Source: Holophagales bacterium (GTDB taxonomy: Bacteria; Acidobacteriota; Thermoanaerobaculia; Multivoradales; Multivoraceae). From it: a stretch of DNA of 64,000 nucleotides. Both the position numbers and the translations under genes were made by a program. Location: positions 14,111-78,110 of the forward strand of contig VXUF01000048.1 in the NCBI GenBank assembly GCA_009837085.1. Direction: 5' to 3'. This document shows, one piece after another, positions 1 to 7,719 of the stretch. Within the stretch, counting starts at the first letter, position 1; each line of letters begins with the position of its first letter. The notes under the pieces are model-generated. The model was not told where the DNA came from, ran no database searches, and saw nothing but the letters and a program-made list of their open reading frames with translations.

Positions 1-30
1 GTCGCCTTGAGCGGTCGCGCTTCGCGGCAC
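1..30 (-). repeat. Distal-module fragment of the dispersed hairpin repeat family (R0), cut by the window edge
   Basis: gtcgccttgagcggtcgcgcttcgcggc at 1-28 matches gtcgccttgagcggtgccgcttcgcggc at 1618-1645 (26/28 by eye). Confidence 0.5.
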
Positions 31-82
31 TTCCACTCGGTACGATGAGCCGCCCTCGAACCGAAGCCCCCGGGAGGATCGA

Positions 83-445
83 TTGAACGAAATGAAGCCG
101 GCGGAGGTCAAGCCCGCGATCAGCATCGATGTCGTCAACCAGCTCGACGCTCGGGTCGGGACGATCGAGAGCGTCACGGATGTCGAGGGCTCCAGCAAGC
201 TCGTCAGACTCAGGGTCGATTCCGGCGACCACAAGCGGACGATCCTCGCGGGGATGAAACAGGAGCGCGAAGATCCGACCGAGATCGAAGGTCGTCAGGC
301 GTTGTTCATCGTCAACCTGGAGCCGAGGAAGATGATGGGGGAGACCTCGGAGGGCATGGTCTTCGACGTCGGTTACGAGGACGGGTTTCAGCCGGCGTTG
401 CTGCTCCCGGAGCGGCCGGTGCCGAACGGCGCTCGCGCCGGTTGA
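83..445 (+). CDS. tRNA-binding domain protein (CsaA/YgjH, EMAP-II-like OB fold)
   Basis: 120-aa ORF. LDARVGTI..KLVRLRVDSGD..RTILAGMK..ALFIVNLEPRKMMGETSEGMVF fits the tRNA-binding domain pattern. SD-like gggagga at 72-78 precedes TTG 83; ATG 92 is an alternative start. Confidence 0.85.
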   Translation: MNEMKPAEVKPAISIDVVNQLDARVGTIESVTDVEGSSKLVRLRVDSGDHKRTILAGMKQEREDPTEIEGRQALFIVNLEPRKMMGETSEGMVFDVGYEDGFQPALLLPERPVPNGARAG

Positions 446-457
446 GTCGCGGAGTGT

Positions 458-541
458 CGTCGCCGCTTCACGGCGCGAGTCGTTGGCCGTCTGCGGCGGC
501 AGCCGGCCAGAAGGCCGGCGCACCCAGTGTGGGGCGCTGCC
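458..541 (-). repeat. Hairpin repeat copy R1 (long-form variant) between convergent genes
   Basis: The reverse complement reads cacactgggtgcgccggccttctggccggctgccgccgcag...cgccgtgaagcggcg. It lies between the stop at 445 (+) and the stop at 552 (-). Confidence 0.8.
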
Positions 542-551
542 ATAGAAGGCC

Positions 552-1562
552 TTAGCCTTGCTGCCCTTCTGGAGGAGCTTCGTCTGGCTCCCGGACTTCA
601 TAGCCTCTCTGTCGGAGCCATGACAGGGGTCCGTCGGGCCGGAGCAGGCGCTCGAGCGGCAGGATGGCGAAGGTGGAGTCGTTGTCGGTCACGGCACGAT
701 CGACGTTCTCGAGCCAGAGCTTCCAAACGCGCGATTCGATCTGGCTCAGCACCTCCGGGTCGGCGAGCGTGAAGGAACCGCAGACCCCGGTGGCCGAGTC
801 GCCTGAATGGGCCCTGATCGAGGCCAGATCGCCTACGGCCCAGGCGGTCGCAAGACGTGCGTGCGCCTCGAGCTGGGCATCGAGCCCCTGCAGACCTGCC
901 TGAAGACAGGTCTGCTCCGCCTCGGGCGACATCTCCTGAGTCGAATCGAAGAGAGGCAAGTCCTTGTGGCGCTCGGACAGGCGCGTTGGCACCTTCTTGA
1001 CGTTGCGCTTCCTCGCTCGCTTCTCGATCGCCCGACCAATCGTTAGGCCCGACTCCAGGCCGGCGGATTGCGCCGCCGAGTCGAAGAGCTCCTCGGCCGC
1101 GACGATAGGCCGCAGTTCTTCGAGGCCGTCCCGCTTCGGTGCGTATCTGAGTCTGGTCTCCGAGAAGAGCCGGTACAGGTTCTCCGGCAGCACGTCCTCC
1201 AGGGTTCCGCGGTCCGGGATCCGTCGTATGAGCTTCCACAGCCGCCGTGCTCTCACCGGGTTTGTCACCCCGAAAACGCGCGTGGATGGAAGCGGTAGGT
1301 ACTCGCTGGAGTGGGCCAACGCGTGTTCGATGGAGTCCGGATGCCAGAGGAGATCGTTCGGCACGAGTCTGGGAATGCCGAGGATCCACAGGACGTGGTC
1401 GTCCTTCGTGACCTTCCAGAGGGGCGGCCCAGGGAGATCTCCCATGACCTGGATCTCTTCCTCGACGACGTCCACCGGGGCCGGCTGGGATGCGTCGTTC
1501 TCCTGGGCGATCGCTCCAGGTACTGCCACCGAGGTCGCGAGTAGCAAGGCTCTCCAGTTCAT
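552..1562 (-). CDS. TraB/GumN family protein, secreted
   Basis: ORF 552..1922 is trimmed to ATG 1562, which has an aaggag SD upstream. The rest of that ORF only translates repeat R2. Signal peptide MNWRALLLATSVAVPGAIAQ. GPPLWKVTKDDHVLWILG and the overall length fit the TraB/GumN family by recollection. Confidence 0.7.
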   Translation of the reverse strand: MNWRALLLATSVAVPGAIAQENDASQPAPVDVVEEEIQVMGDLPGPPLWKVTKDDHVLWILGIPRLVPNDLLWHPDSIEHALAHSSEYLPLPSTRVFGVTNPVRARRLWKLIRRIPDRGTLEDVLPENLYRLFSETRLRYAPKRDGLEELRPIVAAEELFDSAAQSAGLESGLTIGRAIEKRARKRNVKKVPTRLSERHKDLPLFDSTQEMSPEAEQTCLQAGLQGLDAQLEAHARLATAWAVGDLASIRAHSGDSATGVCGSFTLADPEVLSQIESRVWKLWLENVDRAVTDNDSTFAILPLERLLRPDGPLSWLRQRGYEVREPDEAPPEGQQG

Positions 1563-1617
1563 CGAGGGGCTCCTTTCGCCCCAAGAACGGTGGACCGCTG
1601 TCTTTTGTTCCACTGGT

Positions 1618-1729
1618 GTCGCCTTGAGCGGTGCCGCTTCGCGGCGCGTTCTTTCCGGAAAGCCGGCGGGGACGCCGGCGCACCCAGTGTGCGGCGCATC
1701 GGTGGGGACCCAGTGTGGGGCGCTGTACC
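1618..1729 (-). repeat. Hairpin repeat copy R2 (composite, with an extra partial core end) in a divergent intergenic region
   Basis: agccggcggggacgccggcgcacccagtgtg at 1661-1691 is the reverse-complement core. A second gacccagtgtggggcgctg lies at 1708-1726. The distal part at 1618-1645 matches window positions 1-28. Confidence 0.85.
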
Positions 1730-1737
1730 ATCCACTC

Positions 1738-2124
1738 ATGATTCCCTGGAGCAACCTGAAATCGACCCTGGAGCAGGACGCCGAGTTCCGGTACACGATC
1801 CGGCACTGGACGGCGAGCCTGCGGCTGAGCGTGGGTGACCGGCACCATGCGATCCGCTTCGAGGATGGCGCCGTTGCGGCGGTCGAGCCGTGCGACGCGG
1901 ACAGCCCTGCCGACGTCTTCATCGCCGGCCCGGAGGAGGAATGGCGGGAACTCCTGCGCGAGGTGCCGCGGCCCTTCTACCAGGACCCGTTCTTCGCCAG
2001 CGTGCATCACGGCATCGAGCTGAACCAGGATCAGCTCGACTACGCCGCCTACTACCCGGCGCTGCGGCGGCTGGTCGGTGTGCTGCGCGAGATGTCCAAC
2101 CCAACCGAGGGAGCTTCCGCATGA
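1738..2124 (+). CDS. Hypothetical protein (possibly SCP2-like fold)
   Basis: 128-aa tail of ORF 964..2124 from ATG 1738, directly after repeat R2. Its stop overlaps the next start (ATGA at 2121). Only a weak resemblance to sterol-carrier-like proteins. Confidence 0.6.
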   Translation: MIPWSNLKSTLEQDAEFRYTIRHWTASLRLSVGDRHHAIRFEDGAVAAVEPCDADSPADVFIAGPEEEWRELLREVPRPFYQDPFFASVHHGIELNQDQLDYAAYYPALRRLVGVLREMSNPTEGASA

Positions 2125-2465
2125 ACGCGTTTCGCCTGCTGCTTGGCGTCATCTTCGGCGTGATCGTCGTCTACACGGTGTTCGTCGCCATGGAACATGG
2201 CCTGGGCCTCTTCGGCGTCTTCTTCGGCGACATAGCCGAAGTGGGGTGGCCGGGCCAGTTCAACCTGGACTTCATGGGCATGCTGATCCTCTCCGGGTTC
2301 TGGATGGCCTGGCGTAACCACTTCACGCCCGGCGGCCTCGTGCTCGGCGTCGGGGGCCTTCTCCTCGGCGCGCCGATCCTGACGCTCTACCTCTTCATCC
2401 TGAGCCAGCAGACGAACGGTGACGTGAAGCGGATGCTCCTCGGCGACCAGCGGGCAGCGGCCTGA
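2121..2465 (+). CDS. Small integral membrane protein, unknown function
   Basis: 114 aa from ATG 2121. Hydrophobic helices LLLGVIFGVIVVYTVFV, GMLILSGFWMAW and GLVLGVGGLLLGAPILTLYLFIL. Coupled to both neighbouring genes. Confidence 0.65.
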   Translation: MNAFRLLLGVIFGVIVVYTVFVAMEHGLGLFGVFFGDIAEVGWPGQFNLDFMGMLILSGFWMAWRNHFTPGGLVLGVGGLLLGAPILTLYLFILSQQTNGDVKRMLLGDQRAAA

Positions 2466-3367
2466 TGCCCACCTTTGCGCGGCGCGTCGGCCGCTACATG
2501 GACCTCCAAGTCCAAGGCGTTTCCTACGAGGTCTACTTCGAGTCGGCCGGGAACCCGGACGGCATTCCGCTCGTGCTGCAGCACACCGCCGGCTCCGACG
2601 GCCGCCAGTGGCGCCACCAGTTGGAGGACGAACGGATCGGCCGGCACTTCCACCTGCTGGCCTACGACCTGCCCTACCACGCCAAGTCCGTGCCGCCGGC
2701 GGGAGTCGAGTGGTGGAAGCAGGAGTACAGGCTGACGAAGAGCTTTCTGCTCGACTTCGTCGCCGCCTTTGTGGGCGAGCTCCAGCTCGAAGACCCGGTC
2801 TACATGGGTAGTTCGATCGGCGGTCACCTGGCCCTCGACCTCGCCCTGCACCGGCCGGGCCTGTTCCAGGCCGTCATCGGGCTGGAGGCGGCGATCAAGT
2901 CGGACCCCGGCAACATCGACCTGCTCGACCACCCCGAGATCAACAACGGTTACAAGGGCGAGCTGATGATCGGCATCACGTCGCCCGAGGCGCCGGAGGC
3001 GTTCCGGCGCGAGGTCGGCTGGTGCTACAGCCAGAGCGCGCCGCGAGTGTTCCGGGGCGACCTCTTCTACTGGGGCACCGACCACGACCTGGGCGACCGC
3101 GCGTCGGAGATCGACACGTCGCAGACGCGGGTGTTCCTGCTGACCGGCGAGTACGACGCGGCCACGCCGCCCGCGGCGTCCAAGGAAGTTGCCGGGCAGA
3201 TCAAGGGAGCGACGTACCGGACGATGAAGGGCCTGGGCCACTTCCCGATGTCCGAGGACCCGGAGCGGTTCTACGGGTACATCGAGCCGGTCCTGGAGGA
3301 GATCGTCGGTGATCAGACGCGGCTGGGGTCGCCGGACTTTTCGCCGGCTGCGGCGGCTGGCCGCTAG
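2465..3367 (+). CDS. Alpha/beta-fold hydrolase
   Basis: 300 aa. GxSxG nucleophile elbow GSSIGG and C-terminal GLGHFPMSE His motif. ATG 2465 overlaps the preceding stop. Confidence 0.85.
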   Translation: MPTFARRVGRYMDLQVQGVSYEVYFESAGNPDGIPLVLQHTAGSDGRQWRHQLEDERIGRHFHLLAYDLPYHAKSVPPAGVEWWKQEYRLTKSFLLDFVAAFVGELQLEDPVYMGSSIGGHLALDLALHRPGLFQAVIGLEAAIKSDPGNIDLLDHPEINNGYKGELMIGITSPEAPEAFRREVGWCYSQSAPRVFRGDLFYWGTDHDLGDRASEIDTSQTRVFLLTGEYDAATPPAASKEVAGQIKGATYRTMKGLGHFPMSEDPERFYGYIEPVLEEIVGDQTRLGSPDFSPAAAAGR

Positions 3368-3377
3368 CGATGCGCTT

Positions 3378-3455
3378 CACACTGGGTGCGCCGGCGTCCC
3401 CGCCGGCTGCCGCCGAAGGCGGCCAGAGAGACGCGCCGGCCTAAGGGCCGGCGTC
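3378..3455 (+). repeat. Hairpin repeat copy R3 (full long form), intergenic
   Basis: cacactgggtgcgccggcgtccccgccggc / tgccgccgaaggcggc / cgccggcctaagggccggcg gives three consecutive hairpins (A, B, C). Confidence 0.9.
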
Positions 3456-3478
3456 CAACACGACCACGAGAGAGCACC

Positions 3479-3913
3479 ATGCCGACTATGTCCCACTCAG
3501 AGATCGACGAGTTCCTGAGCAAACCGCGAATCGGCGTCCTCTGCACCAACGAACTCGACGGATCGCCGAACGGCGTGCCCGTCTGGTTCGAGTGGGACGG
3601 CGAGCGGATCCTGATGTTCAGCAGTGCCTCGCACAGGAAGATCGCCCGGCTCGAGAACGATCCAAGGGCGTCGTTGCTGGTAGCTCGGGAAGTCGGCGAA
3701 CCGGAGGCGTGGGTTGCCGTCGACGGTGTCGTATCGATGAGCGAGGGGGGCGTCGTGCCGCTCATGGAACGGCTCGCCGCGCGCTACTGGGTCGACGAAG
3801 ATCCGGCGGTCGCGGCGGCGCACGCGGAGACGGTCGAGTCGTGGCGCCAGGCTGCGGCGCAGTTGCGGGTGCTGACGATCGTTCCGGAGGAGATCAGGAG
3901 CTATCGCGCCTGA
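3479..3913 (+). CDS. Pyridoxamine 5'-phosphate oxidase family / PPOX-class (possibly F420-dependent) protein
   Basis: 144 aa from ATG 3479; the upstream part of ORF 3386.. is repeat R3. PRIGVLCT..DGSPNGVPVWFEWDGERILMFS..LENDPRASLLV fits the split-barrel PNPOx-like pattern. Confidence 0.8.
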   Translation: MPTMSHSEIDEFLSKPRIGVLCTNELDGSPNGVPVWFEWDGERILMFSSASHRKIARLENDPRASLLVAREVGEPEAWVAVDGVVSMSEGGVVPLMERLAARYWVDEDPAVAAAHAETVESWRQAAAQLRVLTIVPEEIRSYRA

Positions 3914-3949
3914 GAGCGGAAGGTCTTCAGACCCAGATCCCGCACGCGC

Positions 3950-4198
3950 TCAGTCGGTCCGGTGTCGCTTCCGGAGTCGCTGGAACACATCGGACGCCGG
4001 CTCAACCTGGCCGGCCTCGATCTGGCGGTCGCCTAGCTCAAGGATCTTGAGTAGAGCCATCCGGCTGTACTCCCGGTTCCATTCGGAGAGCGACTCGGGT
4101 ACCGGAAGCGGCTCGATCGCAGCGAGTCTGTCGATCGCGTCCAGTTGGCGCCGCCGCTTGTCGCGCTCTTCGTGGGACTGCTCGTCTGGGCCAGTCAC
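3950..4198 (-). CDS. Small hypothetical protein, possibly an addiction-module/antitoxin-like component
   Basis: 82-aa ORF. The C-terminal ..EWNREYSRMALLKILELGDRQIEAGQVEPASDVFQRLRKR loosely resembles putative addiction-module component or ParD-type C-termini. The start is uncertain. Confidence 0.35.
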   Translation of the reverse strand: MTGPDEQSHEERDKRRRQLDAIDRLAAIEPLPVPESLSEWNREYSRMALLKILELGDRQIEAGQVEPASDVFQRLRKRHRTD

Positions 4199-4300
4199 GA
4201 TCTTCCTCTCCGTATTCGGCCGACGTGAATCGATCGGGTCTTGACGACGCTAACAGGACTGCCGAAGTGCTGGCGGTCGAGCGACGTGGATCCACGCGAT

Positions 4301-4329
4301 AGCGCCTGGTTCGGTTGCCGCCAGGCGCT
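4301..4329. promoter_or_regulatory. Perfect 9-bp inverted repeat (agcgcctgg N11 ccaggcgct) in a divergent intergenic region
   Basis: Read directly from the sequence: 4301-4309 and 4321-4329 are reverse complements. Confidence 0.4.
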
Positions 4330-4333
4330 TACA

Positions 4334-4357
4334 CGTATACGATGCGTGGTATACGTA
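4334..4357. promoter_or_regulatory. Candidate VapB operator/promoter: two GTATACG motifs 14 nt apart, each within a palindrome
   Basis: cGTATACGatgcgtgGTATACGta. CGTATACG at 4334-4341 is palindromic, and GTATAC/TACGTA lie at 4349-4357. This is an AT-rich island about 25-45 nt upstream of vapB ATG 4381. Confidence 0.4.
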
Positions 4358-4380
4358 TTGCCGTGTCAGGAAGGCAGATC

Positions 4381-4602
4381 ATGAAGAGCAAGCTGACAAT
4401 CACCGTCGACAGTGAGTTGGTTCCCAGAGCCAAACAGTACGCAGAGGCTCGGGGAGTCTCGCTGTCGTCTCTGATCGAGGCATCGCTGAGAGAGATGGCG
4501 GGCGAGAAGACACCCTCGTTTGCATCGCGGTGGCGGGGTCGATTCAAGCCGGCACGGCGGGCGGACGGCCGCTACGCAGCGCTCGCCCGCAAGTACCTCT
4601 GA
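4381..4602 (+). CDS. Type II antitoxin (VapB-like) paired with a PIN toxin
   Basis: 73 aa from ATG 4381 (aggaagg SD). MKSKLTITVDSELVPRAKQYAEARGVSLSSLIEASLREM is a typical short antitoxin found upstream of PIN genes. Its stop overlaps the vapC start by 1 nt. Confidence 0.7.
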   Translation: MKSKLTITVDSELVPRAKQYAEARGVSLSSLIEASLREMAGEKTPSFASRWRGRFKPARRADGRYAALARKYL

Positions 4603-5006
4603 TGCTGCTGGACACGGACGTCCTGATCGACGTCGCCCTGGACCGGCGCCCTCACTCGGAAGCGTCCACCGAACTCCTCGAACGAATCGAGCGGTCGTCC
4701 CGTCGCGTGTTCGTGGCGTGGCACAGCCTGTCGAACTTCTACTACCTGGTGACTTCCGAACGTGGAGCCCGCGACGCCCGGGACTTCATCGCCGAGTTGA
4801 TCCGCTTTGTCGCCGTTGCGCCCGCTGATACGGCGACTCTCCGCTACGCGATCTCCCTCCCGATGACGGACTTTGAAGATGCGATGCAGGTTGCGGCTGC
4901 GCGGGCGTGCGGAGCGGAGCACATCGTTACGAGGAACGTCCGGGACTTCAGGCTGTCCCCGATCCCGGCCGTGACCCCGCGAGAGGCGCTAGCGCGCCTG
5001 TTCTAA
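4602..5006 (+). CDS. vapC: PIN-domain ribonuclease toxin VapC
   Basis: 134 aa. It opens MLLDTDVLID (first acidic PIN residue), with later ..MTDFEDAMQVAAA.. and ..IVTRNVRDF. It is coupled to the upstream antitoxin. Confidence 0.85.
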   Translation: MLLDTDVLIDVALDRRPHSEASTELLERIERSSRRVFVAWHSLSNFYYLVTSERGARDARDFIAELIRFVAVAPADTATLRYAISLPMTDFEDAMQVAAARACGAEHIVTRNVRDFRLSPIPAVTPREALARLF

Positions 5007-5088
5007 GGGTGCCACGATTGCGCTCCTCTACCCATCGCCCTAAGCTGAACGGCCACTCATCAGTCTCGCCCAGGGAGGACGACCGGCA

Positions 5089-6288
5089 GTGGACACCGGC
5101 ATGAACGAAGCGCAGAAGACCGTCGGCTACATGACCCCGGAGCGCGAGATGCTCCGCCGGATCGCGCGGGACTTCACGGACAAGGAGGTCCTCCCGGTCG
5201 CCAACGAGCTGGACCCGAAGAAGGAGACGATTCCGCAGTCGTTGATCGACCAGATGGGCGAGCTGGGCTTCTTCGGCATCACGATCCCGGAGGAGTACGG
5301 CGGCGCCGGGCTGGGTGCGTTCGAGTACTGCCTGGTGGCCGAGGAGCTGGCGCGGGGCTGGATGAGCGTGGCGAGCATCATCGCCCGCGGCAACGGCTTC
5401 CACCGCTCGATCCCGTTCGAGGGCGAGGAGCGGCGGAAGCGCATCGAGCTGATGGCGCAGGGCAAGTATCTTGGCGCGCTCGCCATGTCGGAGCCGGAGG
5501 TCGGCTCGGACATCTCGTCGATCACCTGCCGGGCGCGGATGGAGGACGACCACTGGGTGATCACCGGCAACAAGTACTGGTGCACGTTCGCCGACGGCGC
5601 GAACTTCATCCAGGTCATCGCGCGGACGGAGGGCGATCCGGCGAAGCGCCACGCCGCCCTGACCGGGATCGGGATCGAGAAGCCGCCCGGCGAGCTGCCG
5701 GAGGGCGTCACCGGATCGCCGATTCCGAAGATCGGCTACCACGGCTGGAAGACCTGGGAACTCCACTTCGAGAACGTCCGCGTGCCGATCACGAAGCAAC
5801 AGCGCGAGTCCAAGGGTCAGGCGTTCTACGGCATGACGCGCGGCCTGCAGACGGCGCGGGCCCACACCGCGGCGCGCTCGATCGGCCTTGCCCAGGGCGC
5901 GCTGGAGCAGGCGATCGCGTACTCGAAGGAGCGCATCCAGTTCCGGCGCCCGATCGCCGACTTCCAGGCGATCCGCTTCAAGATCGCGAACATGGCCGCG
6001 GAGGTCGAGGCGGCGCGCCAGTTGAACTACTCGGTCTGCGCCAAGATCGACACCGGCGTGTCGTGCGCCAAGGAGGCGGCGATGGTGAAGTACTACGCCG
6101 CCGAGATGTCGGAGCGGGTGTGCTCCGACGCGCTGCAGGTGCTCGCGGGCGCCGGCTACACGACGGACTACCCGGTCGAGCGCTACTGGCGCGACGCGCG
6201 GCTGACGAAGATCTTCGAGGGGACGTCGGAGATCATGCTGAAGATCGTGTCGGACGAGCTGCTGGGGAAGCCGTCGAGGAGGAGCTGA
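5089..6288 (+). CDS. Acyl-CoA dehydrogenase
   Basis: 399 aa. GFFGITIPEEYGGAG, AMSEPEVGSDI and C-terminal TKIFEGTSEIM (catalytic Glu context). gggagga SD 10 nt before GTG 5089. Confidence 0.93.
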   Translation: MDTGMNEAQKTVGYMTPEREMLRRIARDFTDKEVLPVANELDPKKETIPQSLIDQMGELGFFGITIPEEYGGAGLGAFEYCLVAEELARGWMSVASIIARGNGFHRSIPFEGEERRKRIELMAQGKYLGALAMSEPEVGSDISSITCRARMEDDHWVITGNKYWCTFADGANFIQVIARTEGDPAKRHAALTGIGIEKPPGELPEGVTGSPIPKIGYHGWKTWELHFENVRVPITKQQRESKGQAFYGMTRGLQTARAHTAARSIGLAQGALEQAIAYSKERIQFRRPIADFQAIRFKIANMAAEVEAARQLNYSVCAKIDTGVSCAKEAAMVKYYAAEMSERVCSDALQVLAGAGYTTDYPVERYWRDARLTKIFEGTSEIMLKIVSDELLGKPSRRS

Positions 6289-6290
6289 CG

Positions 6291-7649
6291 ATGAGACTCG
6301 CGAACCATCTCTGGGATCGCTTCGGCGGTCTGACCCTCGACGAGATTCCGGAGTCGTCCCGCACGGTCGCCGGCCAGTGCGTGCTCGACTGGTTCGGCTG
6401 CGCGCTGGCCGGCAGCCGCGAGCCGCTGTCGGAGATCCTGCGCGACGAACTGGGCGGTCAGACCGGGCCGTGCTCCATCGTCGGCACGGATTTGCACTGC
6501 GCGCCGGGCGTCGCCGCGCTGGTCAACGGCGCCGCTGGGCATGCGCTGGACTTCGACGACACCCACAGCATGATGGGCGGCCATCCCACGGTGCCGGTGT
6601 TCCCGGCCGCCCTGGCGCAGGCCCAGGAGATGGGCGCGAGCGGCGAGCGGCTGCTCGTTGCCTTCGTTGTCGGCGTGGAGGTGGAGTCGCGGGTCGGCGC
6701 GCTGGTTGGTGGCGCTGCCTACAGGAAGGGCTGGCATTCGACTTCGACGATCGGCGTCCACGGTGCCGCGGCGGCGGCCTGCTACTTGCTGGGCGCGAGC
6801 AACGAGCAGTTCGCGCACGCGCTTGGGCTGGCCGCATCGCAGGCGAGCGGCCTCAAGGCGAACTTCGGCACGATGACGAAGCCGTTCCACGCCGGTCACG
6901 CCGCCGAGCGCGGCCTGCTGTCGGCGCGGCTGGCGATGCGAGGCTTCACCTCGAACCCCGAGGCCGTCGACGGCCGGCAGGGCTACGCCGACGCCGCGGC
7001 CGCCGGCCACGAAGAGGTCAAGTGGGAGCGGCTAGAGGAGCAGGACGGCCGCTTCCTGATCGAGGACACGCTGTTCAAGTACCACGCCGCCTGCTACCTG
7101 ACCCACGCGGCGATCGAGTCGGTGGGGCGTCTGCGTCCGCAGTTGTCGGCCGCGGGGGTCTCGGCAGGGGACGTCGAAAAGGCGATCGTCACGGTGCATC
7201 CGGGGTTGCTCGATGTCTGCGGCATCCCGGAGCCGAAGACGGGCCTGGAGGCGAAGTTCAGCCTGGTCGCCACGACGTCGCTGGCGATGCTGGGGATCGA
7301 TACGACGGACACCGGGACCTTCGTCGACGCGACGCTGGACGATCCGGAGGTTGCGCGGATGATCGACCGGGTCGAGGTGCGGACGGATCGCGGCTTGGGG
7401 CACACGCAGGCGCGGGTGGAGTTGCGGGCGAATGGGCACTCGCTCGAGGAGTTCCACGACACGGGGATCCCGGCGACGGACCTGGAGGCGCAGGGGGCGA
7501 AGCTGGCGGCGAAGATGACCGGTCTGACGGCGCCGTTGCTTGGCGCGAAGGCGAGCGACCGGTTGCGGGAGCTGTCGCTGAGTCTGGACGCCGTGGAGGA
7601 CGTTCGCGACCTGGCCGGGCTCCTCGCGGGTTCTCGCGAAGCCGCATGA
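6291..7649 (+). CDS. MmgE/PrpD family protein (2-methylcitrate-dehydratase-like)
   Basis: 452 aa from ATG 6291 (ggagga SD); the rest of ORF 5580.. is out-of-frame overlap with the previous gene. DWFGCALAG, GHALDFDDTH, GWHSTSTIG and KPFHAGHAA motifs. Confidence 0.9.
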   Translation: MRLANHLWDRFGGLTLDEIPESSRTVAGQCVLDWFGCALAGSREPLSEILRDELGGQTGPCSIVGTDLHCAPGVAALVNGAAGHALDFDDTHSMMGGHPTVPVFPAALAQAQEMGASGERLLVAFVVGVEVESRVGALVGGAAYRKGWHSTSTIGVHGAAAAACYLLGASNEQFAHALGLAASQASGLKANFGTMTKPFHAGHAAERGLLSARLAMRGFTSNPEAVDGRQGYADAAAAGHEEVKWERLEEQDGRFLIEDTLFKYHAACYLTHAAIESVGRLRPQLSAAGVSAGDVEKAIVTVHPGLLDVCGIPEPKTGLEAKFSLVATTSLAMLGIDTTDTGTFVDATLDDPEVARMIDRVEVRTDRGLGHTQARVELRANGHSLEEFHDTGIPATDLEAQGAKLAAKMTGLTAPLLGAKASDRLRELSLSLDAVEDVRDLAGLLAGSREAA

Positions 7650-7663
7650 CGGGCGAGGTAGTC

Positions 7664-7693
7664 CACACTGGGGACGCCGGCGCACCCAGTGTG
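7664..7693. repeat. Minimal palindromic repeat copy R4 (9-bp stem), a terminator-like hairpin between convergent genes
   Basis: In cacactggg gacgccggcgca cccagtgtg the arms are exact reverse complements. It lies 15 nt after the stop at 7649 (+) and 27 nt after the stop at 7720 (-). There is no T-tract. Confidence 0.8.
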
Positions 7694-7719
7694 CGAGCGG
7701 ACCGGTTGCCGACCTTCTC

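Noticed and set aside
552-1922. N-terminally extended versions of several ORFs as given in the track (552..1922, 3386..3913, 9228..11081, 5580..7649, 43886..45838, 19821..21893, 27309..29315).
   Set aside because: The extensions overlap upstream genes out of frame or translate repeat or intergenic DNA. Internal starts with SD sequences, signal peptides or start/stop coupling give proteins of the expected family length.
3309-3518. Small ORFs translating the repeat (peptides containing HTGCAGVPAG, HWVRRRPRRLPP or PAGTPAHPV, e.g. 3309..3518, 31822..32067, 36237..36527, 49680..50171) as a family of small protein genes.
   Set aside because: The similarity is at the DNA level and appears in different frames and on different strands. 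The ORFs have no SD or consistent boundaries and overlap well-supported genes. They are by-products of a stop-free GC-rich repeat.
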